A stretch of DNA of 64,000 bases from Eledone cirrhosa. Taxonomy: Eukaryota. The notes under the pieces were generated by a model. That model searched no databases, had not been told where the DNA came from, and saw nothing but the letters and a program-made list of their open reading frames with translations. Where the stretch lies: the NCBI GenBank assembly GCA_964016885.1, contig OZ024742.1, positions 300,266,001 to 300,330,000 of the forward strand, given 5' to 3'. Below are positions 45,628 through 60,000 of this stretch, in pieces (positions within the stretch are counted from its first letter, which is position 1; each line of letters opens with the position of its first letter). The translations under genes and the position numbers were made by a program.

Positions 45628-45956
45628 TCATTTTACGTCCACTTTTTCCCTGCTTGCAAGGGTGGGATGGGAACTGATGCTGGCTTGATTGCTATAGCTG
45701 GATGCCCTTCCTAACACCAACCTCATTTACAGTGAGTGCTGGGTGCTTTTTTGCCGTGGCACCTCCACGACCACTTTGCAGTGGAATGATATGGACCCCA
45801 GTCCCTATCATCTCATTTCTACAGCTGAGTAAACTGGAGCAATGTGAAATAAAGTGTCTTGCTCAAGGAAACAACACATCATCCGGTCTGAGAATTGAAC
45901 CCACAACCTTTCGATTGCAAGGCCAATGCTCTAACCACTAAGCCATGTGCCTCCAA
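45628..45956 (-). mobile_element. tRNA-derived SINE family B (CORE/V-like centre, RTE-like 3' tail)
   Basis: Minus strand reads TGGCTTAGTGGTTAGAGC (A box), GGTTCAATTC (B box), CCTTGAGCAAGACACTTT, then GGTGTTAGGAAGGGCATCCAGC and GGACGTAAAATGAT. Heads recur at ~10985, 47410, 54070, 55995, 60445 and 60890. Confidence 0.8.
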
Positions 45957-48059
45957 TATATATATATATATCTTCATCATTGCTTTTATATTCATTTTTC
46001 CATACCAGCATGGGTTGGATGAGACATTTTTGAGGCAGTATTCCAGAGCCAGACACCCTTCCTGATGCCAATGTTTTGTCTTTTTTAAAGTACTTGATGT
46101 TTATGAGCCACAGTGGATGTTGTTTAAGTGGGGCCTAAAGAAACATACCACCTGGCAGTGTCAAATGCAAAGCAATGATACATGCACACTCCCACACATA
46201 AACACGTACATACATTCTATATAGAACAGGCTTCCTTTCAGTTTCTGTATGTCAAGATTCACTCAAGGCATTAGTCAGCCTAAGGTTACAATAGAAGATA
46301 CTAGCCTAAAGTACCATTCAATGGGATAGAACCTGAAACCATGTGGTTGTGAAGCAAACTTCATTTCACAACTATGTGGTTTTAGGTTCAATCATACTGC
46401 ATGGCACTTTGGAGAATTGTCTTCTATTGTAGTCTCCCCTTGACTAATACCATGTAAGTGAAAATTGTTAGACAGTAACTGTATGGAAGTCTGTCATATA
46501 CATGCATATGTGTTCATGTCAGGATTTATGTTTACTGATGTGTCGAATTTGATCTCTTTTTGTTAACAATATACCTTAGAGATTTGATAAATAGCCATTG
46601 ATAAAATATATACAAGACTGAAATATGACTGATTAAACCCTAAAAAGTGGTACCCCAGCATGGCCACAGTCCAATGACTGAAACCAATAAATGGATATAC
46701 GAATACATATAAAGATAAGTAATGTTGTTAGACTATACAAAGTGAACATTTTTGGATAAACTCTTTGGGACTGTATCTTTGATTGTTTATTAATAAATGG
46801 ACCTCTGTTGGAATTTTACAATATGTGTTCCAGTTGTTGAGTCAATGGAACAGTGTATATTGTTAAATTAATTGTTTCTACATTCAGCACAAGGCTTGCA
46901 GTTTAAAGGTAAGGGAAAAGTCGACTAAATCGACCCCAGTGCGTTACTGGTACTTTATTTTATCGACCCCGTAAGGATGAAAGGCAAAGCTAACCTCAGA
47001 GAGATTTAAACTCAGAATGTAAAGTGGCGTAACTCTATGCCATAAAGCATTTTGTCTGATGCTCTACCGATTGCCAATCCACCAAATTAATGTGGAAATG
47101 GCTGAGCATTCCACAGATGTGTACCCATAATGTAATTTTCAAGGAGATTCAGCATGACACAATGTGACATGACTGGCCTTTTGAATCACAGATACAGTTA
47201 ATCCAGTGGGCTTCCTAAATGTTTCCATCATTCACAAGGCTTAGTTTGACCTCAAGCTATGTTAAAAACAGTTGTCTAAGATTACACACAGTGTGACTGA
47301 AATTGGAATATCACAATTGTGAAGCAAACTCCTTAAAATCTTGATAATATCTTATTTCTTTTTAATTGTTTAGTGAATGTGTTAATGTGTTTTTGTTTGG
47401 TGTGCATTGAACGTAGTGGCTTAATGGTTAAGGTGTTGAGCTGACAATCATAAAGTTGTGAGTTTGATCCCCAGATCAGGTGGCATATTGTGTCCTACCG
47501 CAAGACATTTTGACATTGTTCTAGTTCACTCAGGTGGGGAAAATATACTGGTAACAAACTGTATTAGCTTTTGCCTTTCCCTTGGACAAAATTAGTGTCA
47601 TGAAAGGAGGTAACAGGCATACATGGGCGACTGCTACACTTCAATAAAAATACCTTGCCTAGGCTTGCTCTTTGGAGAAGAACTTTTCAGATGCAAACCC
47701 ATATTCAGTTATGACTGAAGAGGCCCTCTAAAATATGGTCAGTAAGTCCAATACCCTATACGTGTATTTAATGTGTTCTTTATAAGGACATTAAAAACAA
47801 TAGCAATATAATACTTGATTTGTTTCCCAACATATTTCTAGACCTGAGAACAGCAGCAGTTATTATGATAGAAATATATTGACAGGTATAGGAAAGAATA
47901 AAAAAAAACCAAACAAACACTGGTGCTGTAATTTAAAATGATACTTAAATAGAACTCCCCGCAAGAAAAAAATAATAATAATAATAAAAATGAGATTGAC
48001 AATTTCCAATGAGAATTCTTTCAACACCTTGTTTTCTTTCACTCAAGCAGTTCTTTGAT

Positions 48060-51000
48060 TTACATAATAATTTGAGGTTCTGGAACTGACACTGATATAG
48101 CTTTGTGAGGGAGAATTCTACCTCCATTAATATAAAGTTCATCTTTGACAATTACATCTTCTCCAAGGACTGATACATTTTCCATACGAACCTGAAATGA
48201 AAAGCATAGAGATTGTTAGCATTGGCTGCCTCTTCTACCATTACTGCACTGGAGCTTGCTGAACTTATGCCACCTCCCCTCAGATACTCCCGATTCCCCT
48301 CTCATCATTGTCTTTTTTTACTAGTTACTACATTGGTTCCTGTTTAGAGCTTTCTCAACTCATGGCCCCTCCACCCAGATACCACTGACTTCCTTCTCAT
48401 CACAGTTTTTTTCACTGGTTACTACATTGGTCTCTGCTGTTTAGAGCTTGTCCAACTCATGCTGCCACCACCTAAAAACTCCTAACCCTCTTCACTCATC
48501 ACCCATGTTGTGTCCAGCCCTCCAATGCCCCACACTAACCACTATTCCCAGTTCTTTCTCTCCAGAACATATTGGCCCTCTGGAACTCCTTCCTTGCTAA
48601 TGTCTTTCCTATTTAAACAGAACATCTATGGCATCAATCACTCCAATGATGGTGGGTCTCTGAAAGCCATGGGAACTGCTCCTTCCACCAAGCATACCAA
48701 ATTAAAAATAAAATATATTGTCCGACGCTCTACCGATACTGCCAATCCACCATCCTCTACCATCTTAATGAAACAGTTAATGACTAGTAAATCCTTAAAA
48801 TGTATTGCATTAGAAATATGATCATGAAAGTGTTATCATGGTCGTAGCTAATATAACACAGCCATACATCAGTGTTACCCTTTGTAATTATTAATAGTTC
48901 AGTTCACTTAACCCTAAAGAGACAACAGGGCCGAAAAGTCGACTGATGAAGATGACTAGGCTGATCCGTCGGCTTGATAATACACCATCCTCAGAATAGA
49001 AAAAACATATTTCAATAAATAGTTACTCAAGATAAAAAAAAATCACATCAAGGGGTAGATACCAACACAAATTAAAAGATGGTTTGTGTTAATAGAAAAT
49101 TACGTGAATAGATTATATAGGCTCCGTCTCAAAGGGTTGATTACAAATAAGTTATTGTTTAGCATTAGATTAACCAAGATCAAGCAAACCTATCATTAAA
49201 GGTATTCCGGCTGCAACCATCTCATCTTTTTTCCAGAGACAGTATATTGGGAGTCTTACTTATTTTTTTATTTTTATTTTATACAGGGTAAACTGGGTAT
49301 AAGAGGAGTCAGCAATAGCTATTTCTGGGATGGCTGTTCCTGTGGTATAAAGTAACGTTCAAATATTTTTCTCGATTCTTCTCTCCATTCGAATCCATTC
49401 ATTCAATCACTATTCTATGTCCTAATTTCACACTATATCATATTTTCACCATTCTATATCATATTTTTTCTCTAAAAATCATATTTTCCCTATCACCGCA
49501 TTTTCTCTATCGTATTTTCTTAAACAAAACAAATCTTGTATTTTCGTTTATTGTTAAATTATGCCCAAAATACGGCGATCTTATCTTAAACCTTACATTC
49601 TCGCTAACAACCCATCATCCCTCCCACCCGCCCCCACGCACCACCATTATTACGTGGACCAATCATAAGTCAGAGGCCCATACTATCGCTTAACTGGTTG
49701 CTTTTCGATATGATGGATGGACTATGGAATTCTGGAGAGTTGAAGAGAGAAAAATGTGGACGCTCAGCGACAATGCCAAAGATAAAGACAAATTCACCTT
49801 GTGGACGAGAATGCAAGCACTCCGCTTTGTTTCGGCCCAGGATGGCTATAATAACCCCATCCCCCCCCCCCCGCGCCCCACCGCTCCCACCCTCCAAACG
49901 CAATCCAAAACTTCAGAGTTGGTACCATGAATGTAGGCACCTTAAAGGGTCGCTCTAACGAGGTTGTAGAAATGCTTGAACGTAAGGAGGTCGATGTTTG
50001 TTGTATTCAAGAGACCAGGTGGAGGGGAGGGTCGGCTAGATTCATCGTGGGTAAAGAACGATGCTATCAACTTTTCTGGGTGGGAAATGACAATGGGTTG
50101 GGTGGGGTAGGAATCATGGTAGCAGAAAAGTGGGCAGATAAGATAATAGACGTAAATAGAGTGAACGACAGAATAATTAAAATAAGACTTGTCCTCAATA
50201 AAACTACGGTGACAGTAATATCTGCGTACGCACCACAATCCGGACTGCCCGGTGCTATAAAAGACAGATTCTACGAGACACTGATGCTCGCTACCTCCCA
50301 AATAACCGACAGTGACTATATAATTATTGCAGGCGACCTAAATGGTCACGTTGGACAACATTGTGACGGCTATGACAGAATCCATGGAAGCTATGGGTTC
50401 GGTACTAGAAATGAGGAAGGCTCCAGAATCCTGGAATTCTGCGACGCAAATAACTTAACTATCTGTAACACTAACTTCAAAAAACGAGACAATCACTTGA
50501 TCACCTATAGATCGGGGGAACACACAAGCCAGGTAGATTATATCCTTACCAGAAGACGTGACAGAGTGTCTGTTGTTAACACTAAATCCCTCCCCCATGA
50601 AGAATTCACCTCCCAACAGAGACTGATAATTAGCGACCTCATAGTCAGGACGAGACGTACTCGACAGCGGAAGAGGACTATCCTCAGGAGAAAAATATGG
50701 AAGCTAAAAGACCCCATAGCCAGAAATAAATTTCAAAGCATATTACTTGATGCTTTCGACAGTAAGGAAGAGCAATTAGAGTCGTATAATATAGAGGAAC
50801 AGTGGGAATTCCTGTGAGCAAACCTGCTGACGGCGGCAGACGAAGTCTGTGGCTGGAGCAGGCCTGTAGGTAGGAGGAGAGTAACATGGTGGTGGAACAG
50901 TAAGGTGGAGGAGTCAATTAAGGCCAAAAAGCAGGCTTGGAAAGCATGGCGGGATGGGGGAAGTAGAGAAGACTAGTATGTGGCCAGGAGGGAAGCTAGG

Positions 51001-54000
51001 AGACAAGTGTACTTCGCAAGAAGGGAAGCAGAGGAAAGAAAGTTCAAGCATGTTCTACAACGTGAGGACCAAAAACGTGAGGTGTTCAGGATTGCCAGGC
51101 AATGTGTCAAGGAAAACCGTGATATTGTCGGGGAGAAGTGTGTACTTAACGATGATGGCATACTTGCCATCACCGACGCTGATAAGAAGGTAGCTTGGAA
51201 GTGTCACTACGAAAGGCTTCTAAATGAGGAGAACAAATGGGAGAAAGACAGTCTCCCCCACATCGACCCAATAGAGGGACCAGCAGTGTTAGTCCAGGGT
51301 AGTACAATAAGCAAGGCAATCAAAGATATGAAGACGGGTAAGGCGGCTGGTCCTTCGGAAATAGTTGCTGAGATGCTGAAGGCATCTGGTTCGGTGGGAC
51401 ACACCATGGTCACCCGGATAGTTAACCAAGTCGTACAGAATGGGGTTGTTCCGAAGGACTGGCGTAGCAGCATCATCGTTAACTGCTATAAGGGAAAAGG
51501 AGATGCCCTAGATAGGAGTAACTATAGAGGCATTAAATTAATCGACCAGGTCATGAAGGTCACGGAAAAAGTAATAGCGCAACTAATCAGAGAGAGAATT
51601 GATCTAGATGAAATGCAGTTCGGATTTGTGTCAGGCAAAAGTACCACAGACGCTCTTTTCATTGTACGACAACTACAGGAGAAGTACCTAGCTAAAAGTA
51701 AACCCCTATACTTAGCTTTCGTCGACTTGGAGAAAGCCTTCGACAGAGTCCCCCGTTCCATTATCTGGTGGTCTCTTAGAAAACTAGGTGTTGACGAATG
51801 GCTTGTGAGAGCTATACAAGCCATGTATAAAGAAACAGTCAGTAAGGTTAGAATTAACAACGAATATAGTGAAGAGTTTAGCGTAAAAGTTGGTGTCCAT
51901 CAGGGCTCTGTTCTTAGCCCCCTACTATTTATTATTGCCCTTCAGGCTATAACAGAGGAGTTCAAGACCGGCTGCCCATGGGAACTCCTATACGCAGATG
52001 ATCTAACACTCATAGCTGAATCAATGACCGAACTAGAGAAGAAATTCCAAACATGGAAGCACGGCCTAGAATCAAAAGGCCTTAAAATTAACCTGGCTAA
52101 GACTAAAGTTCTAGTTTGTAGGAAAGAAAATAAGGCGGCAGTCCCATCTGGGAAATGGCCATGCTCAGTGTGTAGGAAAAGCGTAGGTAGAAACTCCATT
52201 TTATGTCCCAAATGCAAAGTATGGGTGCATAAAAGATGTAGTGGGATCACAAGTAAGCTAACTAAGAACATAGATTTTACATGTGGCCGGTGCTCTGGTG
52301 CAATAAGTAGCAGCAAGTGCCCACAAAATACTAGCTCCTTCAACTGCGCAGAGGGTTCTATAGAAATAGTGGACAGCTTCCGTTACCTGGGTGACAAAAT
52401 CAGCAGTGGGGGAGGGTGCTCTGAAAGTACAGTAGCTAGAGTCAGAACTGGATGGAAAAAGTTCAGAGAGCTTATACCACTATTAGCCGCTAGAGGGTTC
52501 TCCCTAAAAATGAAAGGCAGGTTATACGATGCCTGCATACGATCAGCAATGCTGCATGGCAGTGAGACCTGGGCATTGTGTGCAGAGGATATACGCAGAC
52601 TAAAGAGAAACGAAGCTTGCATGCTCCGCTGGATGTGCAATAGTAATATACGTGAACGGCAAAGCATAAACGAACTAAGGAAAAAATTAGAAATAAGAGG
52701 GATCAGATGTTGTTTACTCGAGAGAAGGCTACGTTGGTACGGTCACGTGATGCGCATGAAAGACGACAGCTGTATAACAAAGTGCAGGGCAATAAAGATA
52801 GACGGTAGCCACGGAGTAGGCAGACCCAGAAAAACATGGGACGAGCTGATAAATTCCGACCTCACACGCTTACACCTCTCCAAGACAATGTCACTGGACC
52901 GAGACCTTTGGCGGTACTCAGTAATAGAGAAGACCCGCCTTACCTAAATACAAAGTAAAAACCTACTACAGTCAGTAGGCATCTCTATCAAAACACCCCC
53001 CCGTCCCACGACCTCCACCCCATCCACACCGCCCCTTTCAATGTAAAGTTATGTTGGTCCCATAACATCCAGGCTGAAACAAATGAGATCGTGTAGGTGT
53101 CACGACAAAAAAACACACAGTCCACGCTGTAAATGTGGCCGTGTAGGCAACACGGTAAAAACCTCCCAGCCCCACACTGTAAATGTGGTTGGTGTTAGGA
53201 AGGGCATCCAGCTGTAGAAAACCCGCCAGACAGTCCACGCTGTAATGTGGCCGTGTAGGCAACACGGTAAAAACCTCCCAGCCCCACACTGTAAATGTGG
53301 TTGGTGTTAGGAAGGGCATCCAACTGTAGAAAACCCGCCAGACAGTCCTATGCGAGCAAGACAACCACTCTTGCCTCAAGTGAGAAAACCCCCGTCCAAA
53401 CCCATGCAAGCGTGGAACACGGACGCTAAACCTGATGATGATGAAGATGAGACTGCATATGGATGATGATCGTTGGGTGAAGAAGTGCCAAGTAATCCCA
53501 GTGGAGAGAGGCTATTGTAGAAGAAGACCAAGGAAAACCTGAATGGAAGTGGTGAGAGCTGACCTCAGATCACTAATGCTCACAAAGGAACACAGCAAGT
53601 GGAGAGATGCTGTACTAAAAAGGACCCATCCAACCAATACAAGCATGGAACAGATGTAAAATGATGATGATGATAAATGTGGTTGCCATAAGCCATAGTG
53701 AAGGAAATCTATCTATGAGAGCAGTCACTGCAAATAAAAGCTGACACAGGGTAGAGTGAACCCTTAAATTATGACAGATAACATCTTTAGTGCTGGTGGC
53801 ATTATAAAATGCTCTCAGTTCATGCTGTAAGGTGGTTTAGGATAGGAAAGATAACCAACTAGAAAAACTGCTAAAAAAAATATGATCAGTATAACTTATA
53901 TTTTTTCATCCAACTCATGCAAGGACATAAAATGATGATGATTAAAATAAATAAATGAAATTTACAGCTCACACCTATGTATATAAATTTACCTGGGCTC

Positions 54001-57000
54001 CTATGAAGCTGCATCTCAAGAGAGTTCTTGGGTGTTAAAATAATAGGAGTCTCAGTCCCATCATAGAAAGCAATGTGAAATGAAACCTCTTGCTCAAGAA
54101 CACAACACACCACTTGGTCTAGTTGAACCCATGACTTTTATGATCACGAGTTCAACACCCTAGCCATTAGGCCATGCACCTTCACAATAACGATAATTAT
54201 AATGGTGATGATGACAGAATGCTAACTTACCCATTGTCCTACAATGCATTTCCAACCAATAATACATGACTCCAACCACGAGTGAGATTTTATGTGAGCG
54301 TCTTTTAGAATAGTGCAACGCTTTATACAGACACCATCTTCAATAATGACACCTGGTGCTATTGTCACATTTGGCCCAATCCTACACTTCTTTCCAATTT
54401 GAGCGGTGGAATCCTGCACAAAGAATACATTGGTAGAAATTCAATATTTAGATATTAACCCTTTTGACATCAACCAAGCCAAAATTGGCTCTGGTTCTAT
54501 AAGATAAAAGAATCTATTTTAAAGGATTCCTGTTTAAATCAAAACCTTCCAACATAATTTATATAAGAATCATATGTTGAGTTACTATCTTAGTAATGAA
54601 ATAATTAATAATTTTATTAAATCTCACAAAATTCTTCATTGATCAATTGGAATAGAGTGTATTTCTTTAGAGATACTGCCATGAGAGAGTTAAATAAAAA
54701 AAAAAAGAAAATCAACATATATCTATACTCAGTATACTCAATAATTATTTTATAATAAAAATTATAAGGAGAATTAAGTAAGACTTCAGTGGTACTTGTG
54801 TAGCAAGTGACTTGATCAGAGACTGTGTTTAAACTGGAGCGATTTCATTGCACTTTAACCATTTAATACATAACATAGGTTTGGGCATGGTTGTGTGGTT
54901 ACGTCATCCATTTTGGAACCACTTTATCTTGGGTCCTTTCCCACTGGATGACACATTGAGCAAGTGATTTCTACTATAATCTCCAGCTTCCTAATTTGGT
55001 AGAATGGAAATTGTAAAGCAGTTCAGCATCATTTTTAAGTACCCTCACTTCAGCCTCCTAAGCATATTTCACTTGGGACAAGTCATTGTTCCTCCATCCC
55101 CATAGGGTAGAGAGGATCTTCAATCAAGTAAATGATCATCAACTTTTTTCTAGTGCTGGTGCCATGAAAAATGTACCTGGTACATCTTGTAATGTGGCTG
55201 TCATTTAGAAGGGTGTCTGGCTAAAAAACTTACCAAGGATTCTTCAGTTGTATTAACAACATAACTGCCTTAGTGTTGATGCCATGATAAAAAGTGGTTT
55301 GTAAAGTGGTTAAAGTTAGGATGAACATCCATCCATATAAAACTTGCCAATACAACTCCATCAGGAGTTACAGGTCCACATATACATACATATATATGTA
55401 TCCCTGCATGCTGTAAGAGGTGACTAGAAGGGTTGGTGTCAGGAAGGGCTGTAAAACATTGTCTCAAAACATCCCATCTATCCAAAACTAGCATGGAAAA
55501 GTGGAAATAAAAAAATAACGTATACATATTATATATGCATATGAATTTGTGTGTGCTTATGTTCGGTGCTTCTCTTTTCTTTACTTTCCTGGAGAACTAT
55601 AATAAACAGGAGGGGGGTGAGAACAGAGCCTTAATGAACACCCACTAACATAATGAACACTTCCTTAAAATCATTACCTACTCTCACTTTACTGACAGCA
55701 CCAATGTACATGGCTTGCACTACTATCACAAACAACCCTCAAATTCCTTAAGGACCATCAGACAAAAACAAAAAAAAAAAGAAGAAATATGAGAGAACTA
55801 TCAAGCAGCTTACAATTAGTACATTACCAACAATTCCTTCTCCACCAAAGAGCTTTTCAGGGGCTTTCTGTTTCAGTGAGCTAAGATAAAGGCACATTCC
55901 TGTGAGGAAATCTTTTGGTTGACCTACATCCATCCAGAATCCTGAAAAAGAAATAAAATTTAGCAATTAGCATAGATATGCAGTCAAGTGGATATAGGTT
56001 CAATCCTTTGACTGGGCAATGTGGTGCATCCTTAAGCAAGGCACTTTATTTCACATTGCTACAGTCTACTCAGCTGATAATTAGTGCCAGTAGCAGCTCA
56101 GATTTAGTTGTGTGAAAGACATGACAATCTCACTAGTGCTAATGCCATGATAAAATGCACCTACAACATTCTGTAAAGTGGTTGGTGTTAAGAAGTGCAT
56201 CCAGCTATAGAAACTATGGCAAAAATAGAACATGTGTAAGTGAGACATGGTACCCCGACTCATCTAGGAGGACAGTAGGATGAGTTGAGTCAGCTTCAAC
56301 CAGTGCATCACAAACAGAGGTCACCCATGAACACTGATCACAGATGTCTAATGCAGACATTGTCAGCCAGTTATGATTCCAACAGTGGACACAAGATATT
56401 AGCTTAAGATCTAACTTGATCATGCCAATCCAGGTTTTAAACTGTTCGCCTCACCATTAATGCTATCCCAGAAGGGGCACTTATGCAACTACATCACAGA
56501 TGAATCTACCTTGTAGATGGGGGAATGTGTGGCCAAATCAAAAAAGGCACTTTCTGAATAGCTGGAGGGAAACAATCTAACAGTGACAACAAATATCAGA
56601 TGTTGACACAAAACCTAATGCATGAACATGAAAGATTCGGCAACAGCAAGTGTGGTAAAAAAAATCTACTACTCACTGGCCTTGTCTTCTAGCCATAGGA
56701 GGATGGTACAAACGAGTGCTTAACTGATGTGGACAAAAAACTGACTTGGTTTGTAATGATCCATTCAACCTATGCCATCATGTAAAAACATGTAAAATTA
56801 TAATGATCATGATGTCTGACAATTATTTATCAGAACCTGATGTAGAAATAGAAGTATAAGAGCTAACCTTCAAGTTCCATAGCATAGAGATTTTCATCCT
56901 TGGCCATGAAGGGGAAAACTTCTTTTTCTATAGAGGTTGGCTTAAGCTAAAAGGAAAAGGAAAATGTTATTAAAACTTTAGAATTATGTAGTGTAGAAAA

Positions 57001-60000
57001 GATGTTAGTGAAAAAGTGACATTCATTAATTTTAATTTTATGGGCCATCAGTACAAGCATTGTGACACTAAAGGTAAACATGGCAAGGGACCAGAAACTA
57101 CATGGAATGGAGATAGTCCCTCTAGTATTGGTATGCATAAAACCTGAGAGAATGTATGATAGAGAGGAACCTTGGGTTCAGCAATCCTCATCATCATCAC
57201 CGTTTAATGTCCATTTTTTTCACGGTAGCCTGGGTTAAACAAGTTTTCCTGCTGTGAGATAGGCCAGGTCAGGTGACCATCTTGCTCATACAGAACTGAT
57301 TTTGGCTTGATTTCTACAGCTGGATACCCTTCCTAACGCCAACTCATTTACAGTAAGTACCAGGTGCTTTTTGATGTGACACCTACATGGCCACTTTACA
57401 GTGTGGGCTGGGTGCTTTTTTGTCGCGACACCTACATGACCACTTTACAGTGAATACTGAGTGCTTTTTATCGTAACACCTACACAACTACTTTACAGTG
57501 AGTAATTGGTGCTTTTTGTCATGACATGGACTTGACAACCTTTCCTGTGTTGGTACCATGATAAATTGCACGCAGTACACTGAAGTGGTAGTTTAGTGCT
57601 ATGATAAAATTCACCCAATACACTCCATAGAGTTGTGGTGATGGTGTCATGATAAAATGGACTCAGTATGATGGAGTTTCCTGACCAGTCTAGTCTCAGA
57701 CCACATTGAACAATCCAACCCATGCCAACATGGAAATCAATTGTAAAATGACTGTTGCTGATGATGATGATAGTGAGGAGAAAGAAGTGGAAGAGGAGAA
57801 CAATGCAATTCAAACAGAACAGACAAGCTAATGACAAGACATTTGGAAGAAGAAATTGAAAGTCAACATTTTAAGGTATTAACGCACCTGAATTCTTTTC
57901 AATACTGACGTGCTAAAAACATACATTCCAGCATTGATCTTATTGGATACAAATTCTTGGGGTTTTTCTACAAAGTCGTGTATCCTTCCAGTTTCTCCAT
58001 CATAAATTACAACACCATATTTGGATGGCTCCTCTACTTTGGTAACCTATTAATCAAACAAAATAAAATATAAACAGAAGCTATTCTTTTATTCTTTAAC
58101 TGGTTTTAGTCATGAGACTGGCCATTAACACATTAATGTTTACATTACTCTATATATATTGTATTTTCGCAGTAAAGGCATTATTTCACATAAATATCTC
58201 ATAATATCGAATCTACGAGATTTTAATGTTGTTTATTTTGAGAACATTACCTTAACATAAGTATGAGCAGCCAGTTATGATTGGTTTGAACAGAAAGAGG
58301 TGAGAGAATTCTGTCCAGATATGGCCAGTTTAAATGGTTTTGGTCATGAGACTACTGCCATGCTGGGGCACTACCTTAAAATGATTTAGTCGATAATAAC
58401 GATGACAGCACTTTTTTTAAAAGTCTGGTACTTATTTTATCAATCTCTCTTTTTCAAACTGCTTGGTTACGGAACATAAACAAACAAACAAAAATACAAA
58501 CACAGATACATATCTATCTTTCTCTCTTCACCACCACTATCACTACCTGTAGGGCAGAGAGAGTTCTTCATTTGAGACAATGATCGACAACCTCTCTTGT
58601 GCCAGTGCCATGAAAATGCCCCCTTATACAAGTAATGGTTATGTGGTTGGCAATAGGAAGGGTACCCTTCTATAGAAACTTCAGTTATGTAAAAAAATAA
58701 GACACCTCTAGTTTTGGTGAGGCAACCAGTACACTCTATAAATCAGTTGGTGATAGGAAGGATATCCAGATGTAGAAAACATACCAAATGGAGTTGGAAG
58801 GACCCTTCAATTGTGTCAAAGACATAAATTCCCAAGTGTGGACATCACTCAATAGAACATGGAATCATATGTAAGTGAGATGCAGGCTCCCTGCTCATCT
58901 GAAAGGCCAGCAGCCACACATGCAAAATCACTTAGCCTGTGAAGACCCATCCAACCCTTGTTAGCAGAGAAAATGGATGTTAAATAATGATGAAAATATG
59001 AATATTTATAGTGAAGCTAAAGAAATACAGAAGTGGCTTCTGCAGGTTTGATCTACTAAATTTCACTCACAAAGCAATGGTTAACCCAAGTTTATTATAC
59101 ACTGAGTTATTTAAATTAGTGTCCTCAGTTTGGCTGTTATAATTCTAGGCAGTGACTTTCATTATAAATATGGTAGTGAAAGGGTTAATACTCACAGCAA
59201 TTGTCCCTTCTCGGCCATGGTTTTTGTGAAATTGTATCATTGTTTTGAATGGAAAGTCACATATAATGTCGCTATTGAGAACAAAGAAAGGTTGGTCATC
59301 TTCTAGTAAGTGTTCACGTGCCAAAGCAAGAGGTCCAGCTAAGAACAGACAGAAAGACAACATAGCTTCAAACCAAAGAGAAAACACAACAATAACAGGT
59401 GTTTTAACCCTTTAGCATTTACATTACTCTATATATACTATTATATTTTCACAGTAAAGGCTTTATCTCACATAATATCAAATCTATGAGATTTTGATGT
59501 TATTTATTTTGAGAACAATACCTTAACATCGCTATGAGTAGCTGGTTTGAACAGAAAGAAGTGAGAGAATATAACCACCATAGGGTCCTTTTTGTGACAA
59601 TATTTTACAGTCAGGTGCTCTTCCTCATGTCAACCATTTTAGTCACTTCTTACAACAGGCAAGGATATGGTATATCATCATAATCACCATTTAATGTCCA
59701 TTTTTCCATGCTAGCATGGGTTAGATGAGTTGTCCTGTTGTGAGACAAGCCAGATCAGGCAACTCTATCTTGCTCATACAGAATTGATTTGGGCTTGGTT
59801 TCTATGGCTGGATGGCCTGCTTAATGCCAACCACATTTACAGTATGTACTGACCACTTTACAGTGTGGACTGGGTGCTTTTTGTCATGATGCCAACAGGA
59901 CCACTTTACAGTGTGGACTGGGTGCTTTTTGTCATGACACCAACATGACCACTTTACAGGGTGGACTGGGGGCTGTAAAAGCCAATATTAGCTGATGGCA

